This document shows positions 11,015 through 21,597 of a stretch of 33,437 nucleotides of DNA, one piece after another. The notes beneath the pieces were generated by a model. It was given only the letters and a program-made list of their open reading frames with translations, did no database searches and was not told the DNA's origin. The translations under genes and the position numbers were made by a program. Origin of the DNA: Octopus bimaculoides (taxonomy: Eukaryota); the NCBI RefSeq assembly GCF_001194135.2, contig NC_068982.1:45297653-45331089 (forward strand), in the 5' to 3' direction. Position 1 is the first letter of the stretch. Every line of letters starts with the position of its first letter.

Positions 11015-11649
11015 TGTAGTGAAACTAACATCTCGATCGCCATTACATACAAAACTACCTATCGCCATTAGATACAAAACTGCTATCGCCATTCTTCTCA
11101 TTTAAATATAAATAAACGCGAGCGTAGCGGAGAACATCTCCTTGTCATCACGTGACTGATCATTATTCGAATCGGCAACTTCTTCGAACCGTTCCCGCCA
11201 GAACCGAAACTGACCAATCACAGCCCTTAATAAGGTCACGTGATAGTGTTTTTCTACTCCCGTCTGGGAGCCCCCTTAACGCCTTAAATAGATCAACTTA
11301 TACCCAGCAAATTGGTCTCGGTTCAGTTCTCTTTGAGATCTGTTCCGTGTACCACACGACAGCAGCAGCAACAATCAGCCAGCGAGCCAGCGACACATCA
11401 ACAGCTTCGTCCAGCCAACGATGANNNNNNNNNNTGCTCACGTGTTACTGACTCTTTCTATCTGCTGTAATAACTCACATACACATACATGTATCACTCA
11501 CATACACACTTTTCTCTGTATGACGGCCTGTCTTTGATTATGTTCTTATATGTCGCATTCACACTCTCACACAGACATACACTTTAATGCCACAATAAAT
11601 ATCTCTGTTATTCATCTCATACGGTTGTGGTCTTTCATTACTGGTCATC
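11015..11649 (+). mobile_element. LTR-like unit 2 (contains short N-gap)
   Basis: Same TGTAGTGAAACTAAC start; shares the first ~240 bp and last ~210 bp with unit 1; ends CTGGTCATC. Confidence 0.6.
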
Positions 11650-12049
11650 TATGTTATCGTAGTATAACATATTTGTGTATCATCTTTGATATATTTTTTG
11701 TGTTCGACCGTGTGACACGTTTAAATAAAAGGTGTCCTCTGTTTTTCCATTCGTCACCATATCCTCCTTTTTGAGTTCGCACGGTCGTCCTTACATATGT
11801 CTGTATTTGTATATAGCCATGTTTCTACGTCCGTATGTTTAGTGTATAACGTATATTATAGATCGCTTGGTATGTGCATATATTGCTAAATGCATATGTA
11901 ATTTAGCGTGAAAATGTTTTTAAACGGATATATCTTTTAATTTATTATTATTTTTACAGCTAATTATTTACCCTGGGTATTCAGGCCTTTTTCCTTCTTC
12001 ATAAGCTATTTTGGTTTAAGGTTGTCCCCACTTTTCATAATAATATGAT

Positions 12050-12330
12050 TTTAAACGCGCAACTTGTTATTTCATGAAACCGGTTGTTGAAAAGACCGTT
12101 AGTTGAAAGGACCAATGAAACAAAACCATGTTCAAATGTGTATCGGCAAGACTTCCGCCCGTCCCCGCCCCAAAAAACAAAAACACCCGTTTAAAAAAAG
12201 GTTTTTTCGACACAACCCCCACTCCTTTTGGCAATGGGGAATACGAATCTGCAAAAAAATTGGCAAAAATCGGCATTTTAAAATTACTACCCCCACTCTT
12301 TCCTGTGCATCTATCAAAGTAACTGTATTT
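12050..12330. repeat. interspersed repeat, probably Helentron-like non-autonomous
   Basis: GAATCTGCAAAAAAATT...GCATTTTAAAATTACTACCCCCA resembles 25327-25370. Confidence 0.35.
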
Positions 12331-12487
12331 TTGCATATAACTTTGTCTTGCTCCATTCTAAACAAAACTGTCCGACGAACGGGAACGTGAAACTCTGAGT
12401 AACAGTTTTTGTGATATATTTGCTGCTTTTTAATAAAGTATATATACATTTGAATGGTGTACAATGAACTTGCCGCGAGGAGTGGAA

Positions 12488-12524
12488 TATCCAAACGTTT
12501 CGGATTCAATCCTTCGTCAGGGGG
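12488..12524 (-). ncRNA. minimal hammerhead ribozyme-like motif (PLE-associated)
   Basis: Minus strand CCCC-CTGACGA-A-GGAT-TGA-ATCC-GAAACGTT-TGG: conserved core, perfect 4-bp stem II, palindromic ACGT stem III; stem I is weak. Confidence 0.7.
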
Positions 12525-12758
12525 CAGAGAAAAAGAGGAGAAAAGGAGAAAAAGTCAGTTTACATCCTCTCAGCTTGAAAAACTGGCTGCAACTGATAAT
12601 GGAGGCAGAATAACACGGGCTGCTAACGTAAAACAGAAGTTATAAGAGAGGGCGTGCAGAAAGGAGAAGGAAAAGGGTGATGGAGAGAGTAGAGGTAAGT
12701 AAATACGGAAATGTTGCAGAGTGAGTGTGGAAGGAGGATCAAAAAGAGTAAAAAAGAA

Positions 12759-13265
12759 TTAAGAGGAAGTGAAAGGATGAAAGGAAAAACGTTCATTCAT
12801 ACCTGTTGGGGACATAGTTTCAAGATCAAATATGAGACGTTGCTCCTTTCGTTTCCAATAGAAGGGGAATCCGTGGTGAAAGGCCATACCACACACTGAT
12901 AAATCTGCAATAGTATGATTCGCAGTGTTGAAGTGGATGGCGACAGGTTGGCCTGGCATACGAAGCATTATGCCTCGGATGTGTTCGCAAAAACGATCCC
13001 CAAGGCGTCGCCCTGTCTGTCCAATGTAAAGAGCACCGCAGAGTTTGCATACAATGCAATATATAAGAGTCGCCGAAGTGCAACAGAAGCGGTGTGTTAT
13101 GTGATATTGCTTCTTGGGCCCCGTAATGGTGGTAATATTGCTGATGTAGGGGCATGTGTTACATCGTCGGCGAGAACATTTAAAAGTTCCTGGTTGTGCG
13201 GAGCTGGGAGCTGTGAAGCTTCTAACAAGGAGATTTCTAAGACTCCTATCTTTTTTAAAAGACAA
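12759..13265 (-). CDS. GIY-YIG endonuclease domain of a Penelope-like element (uninterrupted, not a host gene)
   Basis: CSRRRCNTCPYI linker, FCCTSATLIYCIVCKLCGALYIGQTGRRLGDRFCEH, KEQRLIFDLETMSPTGMN. Confidence 0.85.
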   Translation of the reverse strand: MSFKKDRSLRNLLVRSFTAPSSAQPGTFKCSRRRCNTCPYISNITTITGPKKQYHITHRFCCTSATLIYCIVCKLCGALYIGQTGRRLGDRFCEHIRGIMLRMPGQPVAIHFNTANHTIADLSVCGMAFHHGFPFYWKRKEQRLIFDLETMSPTGMNERFSFHPFTSS

Positions 13266-13532
13266 GAGAGGCGGTGTGGAAAAGATAGGGGCAGTTGTTG
13301 GGTCAGAAAGAAGAATGCGAAAGTTGTGGGTGAGTTTGTGCGTTAGAGGGAGGATGGACGGGTGGCAGATGAGAAAGAGTGGGATGCGGTCGGTGGAAGT
13401 GCGTGAAGATGGTAGGAAAGCTGCGGTGCGGTTGATGGCTTCGGCTCAGTGGAGTGCCGAGTCGACAACTGATGGAGGATACCCTCAATTTAGAAAAAAA
13501 ACTGTTGGATTAATATATATATATATATATAC

Positions 13533-13940
13533 TACCCAGTTCAACTCATAGAGGAAGGAATCAGACGTGCATCACAAATTAACATAGAAAACTTAAGAAA
13601 AGTTAAACACAGCAGCACACATTCCCCGAAAATACTACCGTACATATCCACATACAACCCCAGAAACAAAGAAGCCTTCACCATCATCACCCAAAACATA
13701 CCAATGCTACATAAGGACCCCAAATTGAAGGAAATTTTACACACACACAAAATCATCAAAAGCCACAAACAACCAAAATCACTGAAAAAGATCCTCACAA
13801 AGGCAAAATTACTTTCCGAAACAACAGATGCGAAAGTAAACAAATGTGGTCGACCAAATTGTGCAACATGCCCAAACATTCTAGAAGGTTCAGAATTCCT
13901 CTTCAAAGAGGGACACAAATTCAAAGTTAAATCTAACTTT
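13533..13940 (+). pseudogene. Penelope-like element fragment (pre-endonuclease linker), runs into N-gap
   Basis: Open frame YPVQLIEEGIRRASQI...ILPYISTYNPRN...SHKQPKSLKKILTKAK...KCGRPNCATCPNI...FKVKSNF. Confidence 0.85.
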
Positions 13941-14898
13941 NNNNNNNNNNNNNNNNNNNNNNNNNNNNNNNNNNNNNNNNNNNNNNNNNNNNNNNNNNNN
14001 NNNNNNNNNNNNNNNNNNNNNNNNNNNNNNNNNNNNNNNNNNNNNNNNNNNNNNNNNNNNNNNNNNNNNNNNNNNNNNNNNNNNNNNNNNNNNNNNNNNN
14101 NNNNNNNNNNNNNNNNNNNNNNNNNNNNNNNNNNNNNNNNNNNNNNNNNNNNNNNNNNNNNNNNNNNNNNNNNNNNNNNNNNNNNNNNNNNNNNNNNNNN
14201 NNNNNNNNNNNNNNNNNNNNNNNNNNNNNNNNNNNNNNNNNNNNNNNNNNNNNNNNNNNNNNNNNNNNNNNNNNNNNNNNNNNNNNNNNNNNNNNNNNNN
14301 NNNNNNNNNNNNNNNNNNNNNNNNNNNNNNNNNNNNNNNNNNNNNNNNNNNNNNNNNNNNNNNNNNNNNNNNNNNNNNNNNNNNNNNNNNNNNNNNNNNN
14401 NNNNNNNNNNNNNNNNNNNNNNNNNNNNNNNNNNNNNNNNNNNNNNNNNNNNNNNNNNNNNNNNNNNNNNNNNNNNNNNNNNNNNNNNNNNNNNNNNNNN
14501 NNNNNNNNNNNNNNNNNNNNNNNNNNNNNNNNNNNNNNNNNNNNNNNNNNNNNNNNNNNNNNNNNNNNNNNNNNNNNNNNNNNNNNNNNNNNNNNNNNNN
14601 NNNNNNNNNNNNNNNNNNNNNNNNNNNNNNNNNNNNNNNNNNNNNNNNNNNNNNNNNNNNNNNNNNNNNNNNNNNNNNNNNNNNNNNNNNNNNNNNNNNN
14701 NNNNNNNNNNNNNNNNNNNNNNNNNNNNNNNNNNNNNNNNNNNNNNNNNNNNNNNNNNNNNNNNNNNNNNNNNNNNNNNNNNNNNNNNNNNNNNNNNNNN
14801 NNNNNNNNNNNNNNNNNNNNNNNNNNNNNNNNNNNNNNNNNNNNNNNNNNNNNNNNNNNNNNNNNNNNNNNNNNNNNNNNNNNNNNNTATATATATAT

Positions 14899-15047
14899 TC
14901 GACGGGCTTCTTTCAGTTTCCGTCTATCAAACCCACTCACAAGGTTATAGTAGAAGACATCTGTCCAAAACGAAGCGCAGTGGGACTGATCCCTGGTTGG
15001 GTAGCAAACTTCCTACCACACAGCCATGCCTGCACCTGTGTTCATAT
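14899..15047 (-). mobile_element. SINE family A, 5' half with deletions
   Basis: Reverse complement of the 33120-33285 head (GGCTGTGTGGTAG...GGATTTGGTAGACGGAAACTGAAAGAAGCCCGTCG-like). Confidence 0.8.
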
Positions 15048-15165
15048 CTGTAAAGCCGTTCTCGATCTCTCCACTTGTCGGAAGACCTCACAAATGTAGA
15101 GAAAGCGTAGAGTCGATTGAATCCTCCTCCGTATATGGCGGTAACCTCTTCTGAGTTTTTGTTGT

Positions 15166-15580
15166 GGCGTAGGCGTAGCCATGTGCTTAAGAAGCTTGCT
15201 CTGCAATCCCGCACTTTCGGGTTCAGTCTCACTGCACGGCGTCTTCAACAAATGCCCTCTACTATAGCTTTGGGTCGACCAATTGCCCTGTGAATGAATT
15301 TGGTTGATGGAAACTATGAGGAAGTCCATAGCGTGTGCTCGCGCGCGCGCGCGCGCGTGTGTGTGAGAGTACGTGCGTCCGAGTATGTCCTTCTACCGTT
15401 GACAACTGGTGTTAGTCTGTTTACGTCCCCTTAACTTTAGCAGTTTGGCACAAGACACCGATAGGGTAAGACCAGACTTTAAAAAAATAAACATCGCGAT
15501 CGTTTGTCCGACTAACCCCGTCAAAGAGATGCTCCAGCATAGCCGTAGTCCAATGACTAAAACAAATAAAACAAAAGATA
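15166..15580 (+). mobile_element. SINE family A, diverged full-length copy
   Basis: Head (GGGTTCAGTC B box), internal microsatellite here (CG)9(TG)n, and 3' half CTCCAGCATAGCCGTAGTCCAATGACTAAAAC. Confidence 0.75.
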
Positions 15581-15712
15581 AAATGGCGGGATCAACCTTG
15601 GTATGATTTGAACTCAAACTATAAAAAGGATTGTAATTAAGTACCGTAGTCCACCACACTGCACTCATGCTTTATAAATAACGATACAAAACCAAAACAT
15701 CTAGAGAGTGGC

Positions 15713-16168
15713 CAGGGTCGAAGTAAGACATTGTAGGGCCTCTGGGCCAATATGTTTTGGGGCTATTACGATTTTGTTAATTCAAAACATAAGATAAGAG
15801 AGCCCCATTAAATTTTGGGGCCAGAAGCAGTTTGAAGAGACCCCCAAAGCTTAAAGGGTCTCAGTTAATTCTAACAGCTTTTAAAATCTAAAACGGTCCA
15901 ATAAATCAAAAGAGTACTCATTAATTTAAATTGGATTAAAAACAAATTAAGCAAGTAAAAATAAATTATAAAGTATTTGATTGCTGTAAATATATTTTTT
16001 TAATTTTCAACTCCAAGCTTTAGATTTCCTTGAGTTGAAGAGACCTCCAATGCTTGAGGTCACCAAATTTGGGGCTTAGAAGTTCCTGGGCTTTGGTGGT
16101 TCCTGGGCCATGGGCAGGAGAATCCCTCGGGCATAGCTCATATTGGCCTATACATAAATCTGGCCCTG
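15713..16168. mobile_element. hAT-type MITE
   Basis: Ends CAGGGTCG...TGGCCCTG; 8-bp flanks AGAGTGGC / AAAGTGGT (6/8); multiple subterminal GGGCC motifs. Confidence 0.65.
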
Positions 16169-16600
16169 AAAGTGGTAATTAACGAAGATGACAGGTAGGC
16201 GTCATGCTGGCAGTATTAAAACTCAGAACATAAAAAGGGAGGCGTTATTAAAATCTGCAGGTTTTACTTAAAAAAACCCTTTTATTTTTAAACGAATAAT
16301 GATTCCCTACACTCATACCATGTCGCAAATTTTGCAGAAGGATTACAGCCGATATAATCGACACTAGTGCCTGCCGACTCTCTTTTGAACGTACCAGGAG
16401 AAATATTAAGACAAAGTTCCAGCAGGATCTAAATTAAAACTAAGGAACATAATAAAATAGGTAAACAATTTGCTTTGGTGCGTTACCGATTCCATCATCC
16501 ACAGCCCTTTTATTAACAGACAATTAAATAAATAAATGAAAATGATGAACATCAACATAAATTTTTCAGTGTCACTTTAGCGTGCGGTCTACTCGGCCGT

Positions 16601-16780
16601 GAAGGCGCATGTCTTAGTGGTTAGGCACTCTGTGGTATGCTGAATCTCTCTAAGAACTACATTAATGGTATACGTGTCTATGGAGTGGTCAGCCGCTTAC
16701 ACTTTAATTTCACGAGCACGCTGTCCCGTCGATCGGATCAACTGGTAATCCTTATCATCGTAACCGACGAAGCGTGCAGC
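16601..16780 (+). mobile_element. SINE family C, internally deleted
   Basis: A-box-like GCATGTCTTAGTGGTTAGG joined directly to the 3' body seen at 200-298. Confidence 0.65.
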
Positions 16781-17719
16781 TCAGGCTTAACCTTCATTCT
16801 AACCCGAATCCTAACTCATAAGGTCATTTTAAAGCGTAGACGAAGTATACTACAACAGACCACATGCTAAAGTGGTACCAATTTTTCTTTACACGAAGAA
16901 TAGTAAATAACAATAATTTTTGCCTTCCTCTCCCCCTTTATTTTGTTGCGTTTTCAATCTATCGCCCAACTTGCAACGTAGTAATTTTTAAGATTAAATG
17001 TGCAAAATTGACAAACGGAAAACCGCATTAAAAAATGCTTCATTTTCTGATCAATAGATAATAGCATAAATTACTTTGTGTGTAGACAAATGCTATAGGA
17101 TAGTAAGAACAAAAAGTCGTTCGTTTGCCAAAAATAACATTTCTATACAAAATTTCCAACAGACACTCCCATTCAAAGTTGGGGTAATTCGGTTAAATGG
17201 TAGTAAACTACATTGTTTTTGTTTTCGTCAACATTAAAAAATATAAACAACAAAATTGCATAAAATGCCGTAATTTCCGCTGTGTAATTTCACTAAACTT
17301 GGATTGTGAACAAAATATAAAACATATTAATTTGTTTCTTTAAGAATTTGATATTCATGAGAATATGATTTGCATGCATGCGTTCTTTATTTTTAAAATA
17401 TAAACGTGAGCGGATTGACATGTTTTCGTAAGCGGCATGTAAATATCACATATGTGAAATGGATACGGCGGTATATATAAAATCGAATCAGAGGTTCGTT
17501 TTTCATTTCAATACGCACGCAACAAACATGGTACTCTTAAAAGTATGGCTTTATTTCATGGTGGTACAGCTAGTAAGGTAAGACAGTTATAATATTACTG
17601 ATGAATTCGAATGCTTTTTATTTATATCTATATAGTCTGTATGTAACGAAGCAGTTAGTACAAGAAGTTTTATTTGGTGAACTTTCTAATAGTAAACCAA
17701 ATCTTACTAATGAAAACAT

Positions 17720-17766
<47 letters not shown>

Positions 17767-18670
17767 TACACACAAACACACACCTCATTATGTGTTTAGG
17801 CATACCTACACAAATGTGCCCCAACGTTTTGTTTTCTTATAACTTCCAGAAAATTAGATATTTTTTAATGAAATTTTCTAAAAATACGCTTTAGATAGTG
17901 TAGTCTAATTATATCGGAATTTGTTGTGAAAAAATTTCCGACGGCGGCAAGAGGTATTTCGGAAAATTCACACGAGTAGGCTATTACCTCATTTCTTTCA
18001 GAGAAATGGGTAATTTTTAATGAAATTTTCTACAAATACCTTTCAGAGTGTGTAGATTATGATTATNNNNNNNNNNNNNNNNNNNNNNNNNNNNNNNNNN
18101 NNNNNNNNNNNNNNNNNNNNNNNNNNNNNNNNNNNNNNNNNNNNNNNNNNNNNNNNNNNNNNNNNNNNNNNNNNNNNNNNNNNNNNNNNNNNNNNNNNNN
18201 NNNNNNNNNNNNNNNNNNNNNNNNNNNNNNNNNNNNNNNNNNNNNNNNNNNNNNNNNNNNNNNNNNNNNNNNNNNNNNNNNNNNNNNNNNNNNNNNNNNN
18301 NNNNNNNNNNNNNNNNNNNNNNNNNNNNNNNNNNNNNNNNNNNNNNNNNNNNNNNNNNNNNNNNNNNNNNNNNNNNNNNNNNNNNNNNNNNNNNNNNNNN
18401 NNNNNNNNNNNNNNNNNNNNNNNNNNNNNNNNNNNNNNNNNNNNNNNNNNNNNNNNNNNNNNNNNNNNNNNNNNNNNNNNNNNNNNNNNNNNNNNNNNNN
18501 NNNNNNNNNNNNNNNNNNNNNNNNNNNNNNNNNNNNNNNNNNNNNNNNNNNNNNNNNNNNNNNNNNNNNNNNNNNNNNNNNNNNNNNNNNNNNNNNNNNN
18601 NNNNNNNNNNNNNNNNNNNNNNNNNNNNNNNNNNCACACACACACACGTGATTTTATATATATATATATA

Positions 18671-18865
18671 TATGGGAGAATTTACGAAAAAAACAACAGA
18701 CGAAGACAGGTGGTGTAAACAACAAATATATTAGTTTAACGCTCGGGAATAGAGAAAGTCTTTGACGTTTCGAGTCTACGCTCTTCAACTGAAAGGAACA
18801 CAGAAAGAAATATGGAGAGAAACAAGGAGAAAAAAATATAAATGTAGTGGTCAGCGATCTATCAT
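18671..18865 (-). mobile_element. isolated PLE 3'-terminal fragment carrying a hammerhead-like motif
   Basis: Hammerhead-like motif at about 18758-18796. 18825-18864 resembles 4541-4583 (shared ...GCGATCTATCA / ACGATCTATCA), the 3' region of the PLE at 4541-6082. Confidence 0.55.
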
Positions 18866-19268
18866 ACACGCACACACATATGTATATAAATTTCACGTTC
18901 AATTAAATGACGGAAAGAAAATGGAAAGTTGAGATAATTATTATCAAAAAATTGGTAATCTTTACTTCTTACAGCCGTTTCCATTTGTGTTCAGTATGTA
19001 AATTACAAACTTATACTTTAAATTTGCATTTATATGTTATGAGCATAATTTCATCAGAGAAAGATATACATGAAGATATTACATGTAGACCTTTCCATTC
19101 ATGCAAGCAGACTATACATACACATACCCACTCANNNNNNNNNNNNNNNNNNNNNNNNNNNNNNNNNNNNNNNNNNNNNNNNNNNNNNNNNNNNNNNNNN
19201 NNNNNNNNNNNNNNNNNNNNNNNNNNNNNNNNNNATATATATATATATATATATACATGCACGCACAC

Positions 19269-19420
19269 ACGACGAGCTTTTTCAGTTTGCGCCAACCAAA
19301 TCCTCTGGGAAGGCTTTGAACAGCCCGAGGCCATAATAGAAGTCACTTGCCGAAGGTGTCACGCGGTGGGACTGAACCCAGAACCATGTGAATGGGAAGC
19401 AGACTTCTTACCACACCCCT
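19269..19420 (-). mobile_element. SINE family A head
   Basis: Reverse complement GGTTCAGTCCCACCGCGTGACACCTTCGGCAAGTGACTTCTATTATGGCCTCGGGC. Confidence 0.75.
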
Positions 19421-19529
19421 ATATATGTAAGCATAAACATGCATGCATAGTTGTTCAAGATGCTACACAGAAGGATCAAACACGAGACTGTATGATTCTG
19501 GAACGAGTTGTCTGCTTGGCCAGATAATT

Positions 19530-19795
19530 GACACTCCGTCACTTACGACGATGAGGGTTTCAGTTGATCCGATCAACGGAATAACCTACTTGTGAAAGCA
19601 ACATGCATGTAGCTGAGTACTCCACAGACACATGTACCCTTAACGAAGTTCTCCGGGAGATTCAGACATGACGCAAAATGTGAGAAGGCTGGCCCTTTGA
19701 AATACAGCTGAGTGGACTGGAACAACGTGAAATAAAGTGTCTCGCTCAAGAGCACAACGTGCCGTTGGGAATTGAACTGGTGATCTTACGATCGC
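19530..19795 (-). mobile_element. SINE with the head of the 830-1096 family and the 3' body of family C
   Basis: Minus strand GTGCTCTTGAGCGAGACACTTTATTTCACGTTGTTCCAGTCCACTCAGCTGTATTTCAAAGGGCCAGCC...GATCGGATCAACTG. Confidence 0.7.
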
Positions 19796-19819
19796 ACCTT
19801 TACTTGGCCAAATACCAGT

Positions 19820-20010
19820 ACGCGCTCACACACACACACACGCACATACACATACACTCATGCAGACGCACGCAGACGCACACGCACACGCACGTAAGCG
19901 CACACGCACGTAAGCGCACACGCACGTAAGCGCACACGCACGCACGCACGCACGCACTCCCACGCCCACGCACACCCCGCACTCTCACGTCCACGCGCAC
20001 CCCGCACCGT
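19820..20010. repeat. compound (CA)n/(CACG)n microsatellite with CACGCACGTAAGCGCA repeats
   Basis: Direct inspection. Confidence 0.9.
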
Positions 20011-20290
20011 CTCGACATGTTTGAAATGTAATGCAATCAAACACAGTAGTGTACCGTAACGTACCACAGGCTGCACAAGTCGACCTCTCTGCGGGATGGT
20101 GAAATTACTGTAGGGGAAAGGATGTTTAAAAGACAAGGATGTTTAAAAGACAAGGATGTTATGCTTGGCGCAGCTTGAAAACTACATTAAAAAACTGTGG
20201 TAGAGGTTTATTTATCTTTTGTGAAAATTTTAAATCTTGACATGCTTTCAGCAATAAAGTAATGGCTGATGTCTTAATGCTTGTTCATAA

Positions 20291-20465
20291 AGCGGCGACC
20301 TACCAGATTGTTAGGATGCCGGGCAAATTGCTAAGCGGCATTTCGTTTGTCTTTACGCTCTGTGTTCAAATTCTGCCAAAGTCGATAAAATAAGTACCAG
20401 CTGAGCACTGGAGTCGATGTAATCAACTTATTCCCACTCCTCCGAAATTGCTGACCTTGTGAAAG
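20291..20465 (+). mobile_element. SINE family B
   Basis: GTTCAAATTCTGCC...GTCGATAAAATAAGTACCAG...GTCGATGTAATC...AAATTGCTG. Confidence 0.75.
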
Positions 20466-20624
20466 TGGTATTTATACTTTTTCAGAAAGTACTGAACCAA
20501 TTAATTTTCCTGCTTTTGTCTGGAGTACTGTTTATTTTGTTTACGTAAAAGCCTACATTCTTTTACATATACAAACCTACATACATAAATACATGTATAT
20601 ATACCAAACGCAGACACGGATACA

Positions 20625-21245
20625 CAGGGTGCTTAAGATATTTGAGGACAGATTTATGTTTATAAAAAAGCAGATACATAATAAGAGATGATAACTTTAT
20701 TATTAAAAATGCTTTGAGGATAAAAATAAACCTTTTTTTTCTATAATGTTGTTCAATAAAGCCACCTTCAACTTCAATAACTGCTTCTATACAAGCTCTA
20801 AATCGTCTACATGCTCGAATCAAGTGGTCCTGGTTCATTTCAGACATTACTCAGACTATGGCGGATTTTAAAGAATCTTTAGTGTTATGGGCGTGTTCAT
20901 TGACCTTTCTCTCAATAACGCTCCACATGTAATAGCCCAATGGATTAAGATCTGGGGAATTTGGAGGCTAAATGTTAGGTGTTATGTGATCATGAAAATT
21001 TTCAGCCATCCATTCCTGCGTTACTTGAGCCTTGTGTAATTGTTCAGAGTCTTTCTGAAACACATATGAGCTTCCATTCATTGCGTATACTGTCTGTGCA
21101 GGGCTTAACAACTGTTTCCAAGACCTTAATGTAGGCGACAGCGTTAACTCTAAGGCCTTGTGGAAAGAAGTAAGGAGGCATCACATGTCCTTCACTGCTG
21201 ACAACCCCTAAGATCATGACAGTTGCAGGACATTTCTGTGAGGCA
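20625..21245 (-). pseudogene. Tc1/mariner maT (DD37D) transposon, 3' half with TIR
   Basis: PATVMILGVVSSEGHVMPPYFFPQGLRVNAVAYIKVLETVVKP; FQKDSEQLH...I*PPNSPDLNPLG has 37 residues between the second D and the third catalytic position (mutated to G). TIR CAGGGTG at 20625. Confidence 0.85.
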
Positions 21246-21326
21246 CATTTTGGAGACGAGGGTCTTGAGCACTCCTCAAGCTTTGCTCGACGCTCTGAAA
21301 GCAAAACTGCACCAGGAATGGGCTTC
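21246..21326 (+). mobile_element. short maT fragment, inverted relative to neighbours
   Basis: Matches the reverse complement of 21800-21877. Confidence 0.8.
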
Positions 21327-21597
21327 AGAAGAGTCTGCACATAACCATCTGTCATTTCTTCCGTTAACTTTATAATCTTAGTCGAAGTTTTTGTCTGAGA
21401 GAAACCAAATCAAATCTACTGGATTTTTCATTCTGTTTAAGAGCCTTTTAGTTTTGATGTAGCGATTTTCTTTTGCTTTTTCTGACATAAATTGACCTTT
21501 CCTCATCATATTTGGGTGGCGGGGTGGGGATGACTATCCCGAAATATAACAACGTATATATTTATCTATTATATATGTGCGCGTGTGTATGTATAAA

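Larger units (their letters stand above)
12440..13490 (-). mobile_element. Penelope-like element, 5'-truncated, with 3' UTR and hammerhead-like motif
   Basis: Minus-strand frame RGYPPSVVDSALH*AEAINR...IPLF...SFKKDRSLRNLLVRS continues into the GIY-YIG ORF. A pyrimidine-rich 3' region follows, then the hammerhead-like motif. Confidence 0.9.

Noticed and set aside
13704-15053. 449-aa ORF and other long ORFs containing X runs (2891, 5177, 18017-18718, 18907)
   Set aside because: They read through N-gaps; the lengths are artefacts.
16338-16460. Possible exon (TTTTGCAG...ATAG/GTAAAC; RITADIIDTSACRLSFERTRRNIKTKFQQDLN*)
   Set aside because: All frames hit stops before the donor and there is no recognisable domain.
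20119-20160. 17-bp tandem repeat AGGATGTTTAAAAGACA x2.5
   Set aside because: Ordinary local slippage duplication with no further structure.
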